From positions 96,001 through 160,000 of the forward strand of contig JBBRLX010000003.1 of the NCBI GenBank assembly GCA_038231135.1: DNA of 64,000 nucleotides. The letters are read 5' to 3'. The stretch comes from Candidatus Eiseniibacteriota bacterium. GTDB taxonomy: Bacteria; Eisenbacteria; RBG-16-71-46. The first letter of the stretch is position 1. Each line of letters opens with the position of its first letter. Below, piece after piece: positions 29,901 to 39,090 of the stretch. The position numbers and the translations under genes were made by a program. The notes under the pieces were generated by a model, which was not told where the DNA came from, ran no database searches, and saw only the letters and a list, made by a program, of their open reading frames with translations.

Positions 29901-32900
29901 GGTGTTCGTCACGATGACGGGCCCCAGGGCCGTGCACGCGGACTTCACGGTCGGATCGTTCCCCGTGCTGGTGAACGTCGTGGGATTCGGCAGCGTCACC
30001 CGCAGCCCCGACCAGCCCAGTTACACGTTCGGGACCGTGGTGACGCTCACCGCGACGCCCGGGCCGGGAGCGCATTTCATCGGCTGGTCCGGCAGCGTCA
30101 ACGGGGCGTCGAATCCCATCACGCTCACGGTCGACGGCAGTAAGAGCGTGACGGCGGCGTTCGATTCGTCGGGCTTCAACTACGTGCTGTCGCGATACGC
30201 GGGCTCGTACTCCGCGATCTCGCCGGCCGGCGGGGCCGGCACGGTGCTGGTCGCGGCGCACGATTCCACACGGTCGATTCCGCTGCCGTTTCCGTTCCGC
30301 TACGCCGGCAATTACTACACGACGAACAACTGGCTGGCGATCAGCGCGAACGGCTACGCGCAGTTGTCACGCGACGCCATCACGTCGAACTCCTCGGCGG
30401 CGTCCGCGAACTCCAACCTGTACAGCCCCGCCGACCCCAACAACACGCTGGCGCCGTGGTACGACGACCTCGCCGTGACGGCCGTCGGCACGAACCCTGC
30501 CGGACAGGTGCTGTACCAGACCAGCGGCAGCGTGGGCTCCCGGAAGCTGACCGTGCAATGGACCGACGTGTCGTCCTATTTCAACATCAACGTGGGACAG
30601 CCGCGCCGCATCAACTTCCAGCTCGTGCTCTACGAAGGGACCGGCGTGATCGACTTCCGCTATGGCCCGATCAGCGGCACGGACTTCAGCTCGCTCGAGT
30701 CCGCGTCGATCGGCATCGAGGACTCGATCGGCGGCAACAATCACTACATCGACGCGATCACCGGTTCGCGGCTCACCAGTTTCGGGATGATGACGACGAA
30801 CAAGTGGCCCACGCGCAACGTGCGGTTCACACCCGGAACGACCACGCCGATTCCGGCGGGTACGCTCAGCGTCGGGCTGTTCAGCGGTTATCCCAGCATT
30901 TCCGAGGCGTTTGCGGACATGAACCAGCGCGGCATCTCGGGGCCGGTGACGCTGGAGCTCACGAACGCGTTCTACGACACGACCACGGCCGGTGGCCATA
31001 CCGTGTTTCCGCTGCTGCTGGGCCCTGTCTCCGGCGCCGATTCGGTGAACACGATCACGATCGAGTCGAACGCCGGCTCGTTCATACGTGACCGTGGCAC
31101 GGATGCGGGGTTGTGCGGGAACCAGACGATCCCGAACGCGATCGGCATCACCAACGAACCGGTGATTGCCGTGCTGGGCGCCGACTACGTCACGATCCGC
31201 AATCTGACGATCGAAGGCGGCAACGCGGTGGATCGCGGCCTGCTTCTGACCAATTCGTCCCGCTCGGACGGCACCCAGCACGCGCTGGTCTACGACGTTT
31301 TCGTGACGCTCGATCGATCCAACATGAATTCGATCGGCGTCCAGCAGATCGCCAGCGTGGCGCCCACCGGGCCCGACGGCACGAACTCCTACAATCGATT
31401 CCTGAACATGACGGTCGAGAACGCCTACTCCGGCATTGCCCTGACGGGCAGCGGCAGCGCGTTCGATGTCGCGTGCGAGATCGGCGGAGCCGCCGGCACC
31501 GGCAATCAGCGGACCACGGTGGGCGGCAGCGCTCCCGGTGACATCGGCGGGGGCGCCGCGCCGGTGTTCGGAGTCCGGGCCGTGAACCAGTTCGGCCTGC
31601 TGCTCCGCAGCACGGAGGTGCGCAACCTGCTCGGCACGGGCGTGGGGAACGTGGACGGCATCGATGTCGAGAGCCAGGGAGTGCTCACCCCGAGCCATGG
31701 TGTGCTCGAGGTGTCGGGGAACCTCATCCACGACCTGTCGAATTCATCGCCCGCCGCCGGCCGCGTGACGGGCTTGCGCGTCGCGGCCACCGCGAACGCC
31801 ACGAGCACCATCCTCGCCTACAACAACATGGTCTACGGCCTGGAGTCGGCGAGCACTTCCACGCTGTCGCGGAAGGTCGTCGGCATCCTCGCCCAGGAAT
31901 CTTCCAATGGCATCGGCGGGACGCTCGACATCGATTTCAATTCGGTGCGGCTCGAGTCGTCGCGGCTCGCCTGCCCCAACACGTGTTTCGAGATCGGGAC
32001 GACCTCGGGGCCGGTGATCAACGTGCGCAACAACATCCTTGCGAACTTCACTCCGGCGCAATCCGGCGCGGCGGGACACTATTGCTGGGTGACGCCGTCC
32101 GCCACGGCGACCGGCGCCGCGGGTTCGAAATCCGACCGCAACGTGCTGTTCGTCGCCGATCCCGGCCGCGGGTTCACCGGCCGCGCGGGCAACGTGGACC
32201 GGGCCACCATCGCGGACTGGCGCGCGGCCACCGGCACCGACGCCGACAGCCGCACCGAGAATCCGCGGTTCGTCGGGCCCGCGAATCTGGCCATCGATCC
32301 CACGGTTCCGACCCCGGTCGAGAGCTTCGGATCGTACTTTGGCGGCGCGATCTCGTGGGTGCACGACGACATCGGCGGTGATCCCCGGGATCCCGTGACG
32401 CCGGACCTCGGCGCCGACGAGGGCAATTTCATCCCGCTCGACCTGTACGACGTGCAGGCGGTCGCCGTGCTGGCGCCGTCGGGCACGAACCTGGTGGCCG
32501 GGGCTCCGTTCACTCCGCAGGCGTCGTTCTTCAACAAGGGCGTCGCGAATCTCACGAACGTGCCGCTGCGGTTCCGCATCATCGGGCCCGCGCCGGCGAC
32601 CGACACCGTATACAATCGCACCGTCAACCTCGCGTCGTTCCCGACCGCCACCACCCAGACCGTTTCGTTCCCGGCGGGCTCGCTGCCGCTCGCGGGTACG
32701 TACACGCTCGAGGCGGTGTCGGAGCTGGCCTCGGACGTGCGGCCGGCGAACAACCTGGCGAGCGGATCGTTCGCGCAGAACTGGACGCTGCAGGTGCAGG
32801 TGACCGGCAACGGCACGGTCGCCCGCAACCCCAGCCAGGCGGTGTACGCGCCGGGCACGGTCGTGACGCTCACCGCCACGCCCGCGACCGGCTGGCATTT

Positions 32901-35900
32901 CGTGGGCTGGACCGGCGATGCCTCCGGAACGTCCCCGATCACCACGGTCACCATGAACGCGCATCGCAACGTGGTCGCGACGTTCGCGATCGACACGTTC
33001 ACGCTGGCGCTCACCGCGACGTCCGGCGGCGCGGTGCAGGCGTCCCCGGCGCTCGCGAGCTACCCCTATGGGACCGCCGTGTCGGTCACGGCGACACCGG
33101 CGAACGGGTACCACTTCACGGGCTGGACCGGTGACACCACCACGGCGAATCCAACGCTGGCGCTGACGATGGTCGCGAACCGCAGCTTCACCGCGAACTT
33201 CGTGATCAACACCTACAGTCTCGACGTCACCATCGCCGGCCAGGGCGTCGTGACGAAGAGCCCCGATCAGCCGGCCTATCCGCATGGCACGGCCGTCACG
33301 CTGACCGCGACTCCGGCGACCGGCTGGCATTTTGCCGGCTGGACCGGCGACACCACGGCGGCCGCAAATCCGCTGGCGCTGACGATGACGGCGTCCCGGA
33401 CGCTCACGGCCACGTTCGCGATCAACACCTACACGCTCGGTCTCGGGTCCGACGGCAACGGCGTCGTCCAGCGGCAGCCCGACCAGACGCTGTACCCGCA
33501 CGGCACCGTCGTCACCGTCACGGCGGTGCCCAATGACGGCTACCACTTCGAGGAGTGGAACGGGGATCTCTCCGGCACCGACAACCCGGCGACGCTGGTG
33601 ATGGACACGAACAAGACCGTGTTCGCCATGTTCGGCATCAACGTCTACACGCTGTCCGTCACCACCACCGGCAACGGCACGGTGTCGAAGAGCCCGAACC
33701 AGGGCCTGTATCCGCACGGCACCGTGGTGACACTCACGGCGACGCCGGCGACCGGCTGGCATTTCGTCCGCTGGAGCGGCGACACCACGACCACGACGAA
33801 CCCGCTCGCGCTGACGATGACCTCGAACCACTCGCTCACCGCAACGTTCGCGATCAACGTCTACTCGCTCCAGGTGAGCGTCACCGGCACCGGCTTCGTC
33901 GACATCAATCCGGACCAGGGCGGATATCCGCACGGCACGGTCGTGACGCTCACCGCGAGCGCGCCCACCGGCTGGCACTTCCAGGACTGGGGCGCCAGCG
34001 GCAACGCGAACCCGCTCACGATCACGATGAACTCCGACAAGGCGATCACCGCGACCTTCGTGCTCAACCACTACACGCTGGCGGTGACGGCGTCGGGCAA
34101 CGGGACCGTGAACAAGACACCGAACGCGGCGACGTACGACTACGGATCGCAGGTCCAGATCAGCGCGACGCCGGCCGTCGGCTGGCATTTCGTGAGCTGG
34201 ACCGGCGACACCACCTCGAGCGCCAATCCCCTGATGTTGAACATCGACCGCAACCGGGCGATCACCGGCAATTTCGCGATCAACACGTATGCGCTGACGG
34301 TGACGGTGACGGGGCAGGGAACGGTGGCGAAGAGCCCGGACCAGCCACAGTACGACCACGGCACGGTGGTGACGCTGACGGCGACACCGGCCGTGGGCTG
34401 GCATTTCATCGGCTGGAGCGGGGATGCGACAGGCGCCGCGAGCCCCGTGACGGTGACGATGGACGCGGCCAAGTCGGTGACGGCGACGTTCGCGATCAAC
34501 ACGTATCCCCTGACGGTGACGGTGGTGGGGCAGGGGACGGTGGCGAAGAGCCCCGATCAGCCGCAATACAACCATGGCACGGTGGTGACGCTGACGGCGA
34601 CGCCGGCGGTGGGGTGGCATTTCCTGGGCTGGAGCGGCGACGCGGCGGGCGCCGCGAGCCCGGTGACGGTGACGATGGACGCGGCGAAATCGGTGACGGC
34701 GACGTTCGCGATCAACAGCTATCCCCTGACGGTGACGGTGGTGGGGCAGGGAACGGTGGCGAAGAGCCCGGATCAGCCGCAGTACGACCACGGCACCGTG
34801 GTGACGCTGACGGCGACGCCGGCTTTGAACTGGCACTTCACGGGCTGGAGCGGAGCCGCGACGGGCGCCACGAACCCGGTGACGGTGACGATGGACGCGG
34901 TCAAGTCGGTGACGGCAACGTTCGCGATCAACAGCTATCCCCTGGCAGTGACGGTGGTGGGGCAGGGGACGGTGACGAAGAGCCCGGACCAGCCGCAGTA
35001 CGACCACGGCACGGTGGTGACGCTGACCGCGACGCCGGCGGTGGGCTGGCATTTCCTGGGTTGGAGCGGAGCCGCGACGGGCGCCGCGAGCCCGGTGACG
35101 GTGACGATGGACGCGGCCAAGTCGGTGACGGCGACGTTCGCGATCAACACCTATCCCCTGACCGTCACGATCCGCGGCGGCGGCAGCGTGACGAACAGCC
35201 CGGACCTGGCGCTGTACGACCACGGCACGGTGGTGACGCTGACGGCGACGCCGGCTGCGGGCTACCACCTGATCGGCTGGAGCGGCGACGCCACGGGGAA
35301 CACGAGCCCGGTGACGGTGACGATGGACGCGGCGAAGTCGGTCACGGTGTCGTTCGGGTTCACGCTCGACGTGTCCGCGGTCGGTGGCGGCTCGGTGGCG
35401 AAGAGCCCGGATCAGCCGCTCTACGATCCGGGGACGGCGGTGACGCTGACCGCGACACCCCAGGCGTTCCACCACTTCCTGGGCTGGAGCGGCGACGCGA
35501 CGGGGACCGCGAATCCATTGGACGTGACGGCGGATCGCGACCAGGCGATCACCGGCAACTTCGCGATCGATACGTACCCGCTGGCGGTGGTCGTGGTCGG
35601 GCAGGGGGCGGTGGTGAAAGGCCCGGACCAGCCGCAGTACGACTACGGCACCGTGGTGACGCTGACGGCGACACCGGCTACGGGCTGGCACTTCTCGGGC
35701 TGGAGCGGCGACGCGACGGGTGCCACGAGCCCGGTGACGGTGACGGCGGACGCGGCGAAATCGGTGACGGCGACGTTCGCGATCAACAGCTATCCCCTGT
35801 CGGTCACGGTGGCGGGGCAGGGGTCGGTGGCGAAGAGCCCGGACCAGCCGCAGTACGACCACGGCACGGTGGTGACGCTGACGGCGACCCCGGCGGTGGG

Positions 35901-38562
35901 CTGGCACTTCATGAATTGGAGCGGCAACGCCAGCGGCGCCGTGAATCCGCTCGCGGTCACGATGACGGGACCCACCGACATCAAGGCGAACTTCGCGATC
36001 AACACCTATGCACTCAATGTCACGGTGGCCGGCAGCGGAGCGGTGACGCGCAGTCCCAATCTCGCCGCCTACGATCACGGCACGGCGGTGACGCTGACCG
36101 CGATCCCCGCGACCGGCTGGCACTTCACGGGCTGGAGCGGTGACGCGACCGGCGCCGCGAACCCTGTGGTGGTGACGATGGACGGCGTCAAGAGCGTGAC
36201 CGCGACGTTCGTGATCAACAGCTATCCGCTCGACGTGGCCGTGTCGGGTCAGGGCGCGGCGGTGAAGAGCCCCGACCAGCCCGCGTACGATCACGGCACC
36301 CCGGTGACGCTCACTGCCACGCCCGCCCCGAGCTGGCACTTCGTGGGCTGGAGCGGTGACACGTCGGGCGCCACGAACCCGCTGACGATCATCATGACGC
36401 GCTCGCGCTCCGTCACCGCGACGTTCCAGATCGACACCTACGTGCTGACGGCCGGCGTCACGGGCTCCGGCTCGGTGGTGAAGACGCCCGATCTTCCGGC
36501 CTACGACGCCGGCGCCGTGGTGCAGCTCGCCGTGGTCCCTGCGACCGGCTGGCACTTCACGGGCTGGAGCGGCGCCGTGTCCGGCACGATCACGCCGGTG
36601 TCGCTGACGATGGACGCCCCGAAGTCGGTAACGGCGGCGTTCGCGATCGACCAGGAACCGCTCGCAGTCGGCGTGACCGGCAACGGTGCGGTGGCACAGG
36701 TTCCGAACCAGCCGGTCTACGCCTACGGCACCGTGGTTCAGCTCACCGCCACGCCCGCGACCGGCTGGCAGTTCACGGGCTGGAGCGGGGACGCCTCCGG
36801 GGCCGCGAACCCGCTGGCGCTGACCATGGACGCCCCGAAGAACGTCACCGCGACGTTCACGATCCGGTCGTACCCGCTCGCCGTGACACTCGCCGGCACC
36901 GGCGCCGGTGCGGTGGCGAAGAGCCCCGACCAGCCCCTGTACGACCACGGCACGGTGGTGCAACTCACGGCCACTCCGGCCTTAGGGTCCACGTTCGGCG
37001 GCTGGTCGGGAGCGGTCAGCGGTGCCACGAACCCGGCGTCCCTGACGATGGACGCCGCGAAGAGCGTGACGGCCACGTTCACTGCGAACCTCTACATGCT
37101 CACGGTGAACAGCGGGCCCAACGGCAGCGTGACGAAGAGCCCGAACCAGGCGACCTACACCTACGGCGCCGTGGTGCAGCTCACGGCGGTGCCCGCCGCA
37201 GGCTATCACCTCGTGAACTGGGGCGGCGCCGCGAGCGGCTCGGCGAACCCGTTGCCGGTGACGATGGACACCACGAAGACGATCAGCGCCACGTTCGCGA
37301 TCAACACCTACACGCTGACCGTGGTCACCGTGGGCACGGGGTCGGTGACCAGGGCGCCGAACACCGCGACCTACACCCACGGGACCGTGGTCACGCTGAC
37401 GGCGACCCCCGGCGCCAACTATCACTTCACGAGCTGGAGCGGCGGCGTCACCGGCACGACGAGCCCCGTCAACGTGACCATGACGTCCGATCTGACGGTG
37501 ACGGCGACGTTCGACATCAACACGTTCGCGGTCAACACGACCGTATCGCCCGCGGGCAGCGGCAGCGTCACCAGGAATCCCAACCAGGCGCAGTACGCGT
37601 TCGGATCCACGGTGCAGCTCACCGCGGTGCCCGCGACCGGCTACCACTTCACCAGCTGGAGCGGCGATGCCTCGGGCTCGACGAACCCGGTGACCGTCAC
37701 CGTCAACGCCACGCGCAACGTCACGGCGACGTTCGCGATCAACACCTACACGCTGACGATCACCAAGGTGGGCCAGGGCTCCGTGAACAAGAGTCCCAAT
37801 AGCGCTACCTACACGCACGGGCAGATCGTGACGCTGACCGCGAACGCGAGCGGCGGTATGCGATTCGGCGGCTGGACCGGCGACACCACCGCCACCACGA
37901 ACCCGCTGCCGCTGCCGATGATCGCCAACCGGACGATCACTGCGCATTTCGTCGAGGCGCAGCCGCCGATCGTGCTGACGAACGTCCCCAATGGCGGCGA
38001 GAGCTGGGCGATCGGTTCCACGGCGACCCTGACGTGGACGGCGTCGGACAACGTCGGCGTGAGCGCCGTGGACCTGATGATCTGCCGCAGCGGCCCGACG
38101 GGACCCTGGGAGCCGATCGCGATGGGCATCCCGAATACCGGGACGTTCGACTGGGTCGTGGTCGGTCCGAGCACGGCCAGCGCCACCGCCTATGTGCTGG
38201 TCAAGGTCTACGACGCGGCCGGCAACACCGCGACGGACGAGAGCGACGGCGGGTTCACGATCGCCCCGCCGACCGCGGCGGTCGAGACGGGTCCGGTGGT
38301 CGCGTTCGCGCTCACCTCTGTGACCCCGAACCCTGCCGCCGGTGGCGTGCACGTCGGGTTCGCCGTCCCCGAGGCGACCCGGGTGCGGCTGACGATCGTG
38401 GACGTCCAGGGACGGACGGTGGCCACGCTGGCCGACGGCGTCCGGCCCCCGGGCCGCTACGACGTCCCCTGGCAGGCCGGGCGGCGGCCGGCAGGGGTAT
38501 ATTTCGTGCGGTTGGAGGGGGGCGGCCGGCAGTTCGTCCGGCGTCTCGTGCTGACTCGCTGA
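26998..38562 (+). CDS. giant secreted adhesin-like protein 1 (beta-helix regions, CARDB-like domain, InlB-B-like repeats, T9SS-type CTD)
   Basis: Signal peptide ending AMA-Q; Gly/Thr-rich beta-solenoid; 4+24 repeats of ~72 aa with GWHFxGWSGD; C-terminal PNP...TIVDVQGRTVATL...AGVYFVRL; TTG start uncertain. Confidence 0.85.
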   Translation: MHDRTVGTPGCVPAPRGGRRIVASILAFATFVTAMPAMAQTTYTWNQTVSAPWTTASSWTPTRTTPQTTDVLVVNGTNTPAAIITDVPTQTIGRLRLINGASVTASATSNSRVVTLNGAGTPALDIGAGSTLAIQGTRAIELALASGATATIAGNVSFQDAANRLTSPDAGAITFTSGAGFTTLTGFTGNPFNNTGTAGIAVFQSGSTYTHNAGGDPFGLAAPASKVVFQSGSTFVVRSAAGFVASGRTYGNLTIDNNSAPSTSGTGAFQFQTLLVKTGSSFTHAGSGAAAITISGDITSSGTGNIAITGGSGGTTFTGAGTRTIGGGTGTGGVSLNGTITVPGGTTLALSRAIGTTGTLSVNGTLQVNSSGGVSGTVVYGPGTGLIFNNTTGVVTVSGSTSYWPAASGPANVTVLSGAGVGLAAGTSRTVTGTFRTGAAFTGGVRLTVNGLLQMDAGGTMSGAPTYGSTAALVYGSGSFTAGPEWGSGAVTGVGVPRDVVIRAAGGTVTMPASDRTVPRQLTIGSGTLALSATAGNLMVGGDWSDSGSVATNGRTVVLNGAGAQGVGRVGGETFGVLQISKSAGAVTLGSNVTVTSGVQLGTTRVVTGANELRLGTGATLTRTSGLVDGTLRKPVPAGVTSVLYELGTGATYTPVTLAFGNVTAAGTIATTVTAGDHPALGSAPIDPTRSVNRWWQFANSGVAFQGCTATFNYVAADLDPGVTASQVEVGAYDAPVWSAPALGVVTATSAQATQLASLHDFAVGEFLPHTITATAGANGSVTPSGPVSVAHHGSQTFTIAPGAHYHIGDVAADSVSVGAVASYAFTNVVANHRLDVVFAVDRQTVTVTADSNGAVTRSPDSPDYAYGSVVQLTAVAVTGYHFAGWGGDATGTANPLSLTVDGNKAVTAAFAINTYPLDVTIGGSGTVTRSPSLSAYPHGSVVQLNAYPAAGYAFGGWSGDASGSATPVFVTMTGPRAVHADFTVGSFPVLVNVVGFGSVTRSPDQPSYTFGTVVTLTATPGPGAHFIGWSGSVNGASNPITLTVDGSKSVTAAFDSSGFNYVLSRYAGSYSAISPAGGAGTVLVAAHDSTRSIPLPFPFRYAGNYYTTNNWLAISANGYAQLSRDAITSNSSAASANSNLYSPADPNNTLAPWYDDLAVTAVGTNPAGQVLYQTSGSVGSRKLTVQWTDVSSYFNINVGQPRRINFQLVLYEGTGVIDFRYGPISGTDFSSLESASIGIEDSIGGNNHYIDAITGSRLTSFGMMTTNKWPTRNVRFTPGTTTPIPAGTLSVGLFSGYPSISEAFADMNQRGISGPVTLELTNAFYDTTTAGGHTVFPLLLGPVSGADSVNTITIESNAGSFIRDRGTDAGLCGNQTIPNAIGITNEPVIAVLGADYVTIRNLTIEGGNAVDRGLLLTNSSRSDGTQHALVYDVFVTLDRSNMNSIGVQQIASVAPTGPDGTNSYNRFLNMTVENAYSGIALTGSGSAFDVACEIGGAAGTGNQRTTVGGSAPGDIGGGAAPVFGVRAVNQFGLLLRSTEVRNLLGTGVGNVDGIDVESQGVLTPSHGVLEVSGNLIHDLSNSSPAAGRVTGLRVAATANATSTILAYNNMVYGLESASTSTLSRKVVGILAQESSNGIGGTLDIDFNSVRLESSRLACPNTCFEIGTTSGPVINVRNNILANFTPAQSGAAGHYCWVTPSATATGAAGSKSDRNVLFVADPGRGFTGRAGNVDRATIADWRAATGTDADSRTENPRFVGPANLAIDPTVPTPVESFGSYFGGAISWVHDDIGGDPRDPVTPDLGADEGNFIPLDLYDVQAVAVLAPSGTNLVAGAPFTPQASFFNKGVANLTNVPLRFRIIGPAPATDTVYNRTVNLASFPTATTQTVSFPAGSLPLAGTYTLEAVSELASDVRPANNLASGSFAQNWTLQVQVTGNGTVARNPSQAVYAPGTVVTLTATPATGWHFVGWTGDASGTSPITTVTMNAHRNVVATFAIDTFTLALTATSGGAVQASPALASYPYGTAVSVTATPANGYHFTGWTGDTTTANPTLALTMVANRSFTANFVINTYSLDVTIAGQGVVTKSPDQPAYPHGTAVTLTATPATGWHFAGWTGDTTAAANPLALTMTASRTLTATFAINTYTLGLGSDGNGVVQRQPDQTLYPHGTVVTVTAVPNDGYHFEEWNGDLSGTDNPATLVMDTNKTVFAMFGINVYTLSVTTTGNGTVSKSPNQGLYPHGTVVTLTATPATGWHFVRWSGDTTTTTNPLALTMTSNHSLTATFAINVYSLQVSVTGTGFVDINPDQGGYPHGTVVTLTASAPTGWHFQDWGASGNANPLTITMNSDKAITATFVLNHYTLAVTASGNGTVNKTPNAATYDYGSQVQISATPAVGWHFVSWTGDTTSSANPLMLNIDRNRAITGNFAINTYALTVTVTGQGTVAKSPDQPQYDHGTVVTLTATPAVGWHFIGWSGDATGAASPVTVTMDAAKSVTATFAINTYPLTVTVVGQGTVAKSPDQPQYNHGTVVTLTATPAVGWHFLGWSGDAAGAASPVTVTMDAAKSVTATFAINSYPLTVTVVGQGTVAKSPDQPQYDHGTVVTLTATPALNWHFTGWSGAATGATNPVTVTMDAVKSVTATFAINSYPLAVTVVGQGTVTKSPDQPQYDHGTVVTLTATPAVGWHFLGWSGAATGAASPVTVTMDAAKSVTATFAINTYPLTVTIRGGGSVTNSPDLALYDHGTVVTLTATPAAGYHLIGWSGDATGNTSPVTVTMDAAKSVTVSFGFTLDVSAVGGGSVAKSPDQPLYDPGTAVTLTATPQAFHHFLGWSGDATGTANPLDVTADRDQAITGNFAIDTYPLAVVVVGQGAVVKGPDQPQYDYGTVVTLTATPATGWHFSGWSGDATGATSPVTVTADAAKSVTATFAINSYPLSVTVAGQGSVAKSPDQPQYDHGTVVTLTATPAVGWHFMNWSGNASGAVNPLAVTMTGPTDIKANFAINTYALNVTVAGSGAVTRSPNLAAYDHGTAVTLTAIPATGWHFTGWSGDATGAANPVVVTMDGVKSVTATFVINSYPLDVAVSGQGAAVKSPDQPAYDHGTPVTLTATPAPSWHFVGWSGDTSGATNPLTIIMTRSRSVTATFQIDTYVLTAGVTGSGSVVKTPDLPAYDAGAVVQLAVVPATGWHFTGWSGAVSGTITPVSLTMDAPKSVTAAFAIDQEPLAVGVTGNGAVAQVPNQPVYAYGTVVQLTATPATGWQFTGWSGDASGAANPLALTMDAPKNVTATFTIRSYPLAVTLAGTGAGAVAKSPDQPLYDHGTVVQLTATPALGSTFGGWSGAVSGATNPASLTMDAAKSVTATFTANLYMLTVNSGPNGSVTKSPNQATYTYGAVVQLTAVPAAGYHLVNWGGAASGSANPLPVTMDTTKTISATFAINTYTLTVVTVGTGSVTRAPNTATYTHGTVVTLTATPGANYHFTSWSGGVTGTTSPVNVTMTSDLTVTATFDINTFAVNTTVSPAGSGSVTRNPNQAQYAFGSTVQLTAVPATGYHFTSWSGDASGSTNPVTVTVNATRNVTATFAINTYTLTITKVGQGSVNKSPNSATYTHGQIVTLTANASGGMRFGGWTGDTTATTNPLPLPMIANRTITAHFVEAQPPIVLTNVPNGGESWAIGSTATLTWTASDNVGVSAVDLMICRSGPTGPWEPIAMGIPNTGTFDWVVVGPSTASATAYVLVKVYDAAGNTATDESDGGFTIAPPTAAVETGPVVAFALTSVTPNPAAGGVHVGFAVPEATRVRLTIVDVQGRTVATLADGVRPPGRYDVPWQAGRRPAGVYFVRLEGGGRQFVRRLVLTR
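32780..37950 (+). repeat. intragenic array of 24 units of ~216 bp (InlB B-repeat / Flg_new-like)
   Basis: Counted by eye from the translation; TTCGCGATCAAC recurs at 34273, 34489, 34705, 34921 and 35137. Confidence 0.85.
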
Positions 38563-39090
38563 CCCTGCGCTCCGGGGCTCACCGGCGCCTGCGGATGGCA
38601 CCCGGATGGAGCTCCCTCCGGCGAACCCCCGTTGCGCCATGGTTTTCGGGCCCGGCTTTGGCCCGGAAACGCCCCGATTCGAGCCTGGGGCGGATTCCTG
38701 GGCCCGCGGCCGGCCTCCCGGGGCTTCGCCCCCTTTGTGAGCTAGAGCGCGTTGCCCGGCGTCCTTCGGATGGACCGGGCAGCCTGACGTGAGGGGTGAC
38801 GCGGTCGTGCGAACTGCATCGCGCTCAGCACGTTCCTACCGGCCTCGGGCGAAAGGACTTGAACGAAGTCTGGACGATCCATAAGCTTGCATGACATCAG
38901 GCCGAAAGCCGCTCTCGGATGGCAAGCCTAAAAGGTTGTCATCCATCCGAGATTCGCGCTCTCGATCGCGAAGCCCCCCTTCCGCAGCGAGTCTCGAGCA
39001 CTGATGCAGTGGTGGTGGCGAGCCAACCGCACCCGTGGTGTGTCCCACCGCAGGTCGAACCGGATCCGAAGTATCCTAAAGGGAGCGATC

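Noticed and set aside
32780..37950. Periodic DNA repeats considered as a CRISPR array or DGR template/variable pair
   Set aside because: The 216-bp period is in-frame and protein-coding; no unique spacers, cas genes or reverse transcriptase, and no adenine-specific variation noticed
38847..38952. Formal call of a c-di-GMP-I riboswitch
   Set aside because: Lacks the GNRA loop and GCAAAG junction; kept only as a structured-leader finding
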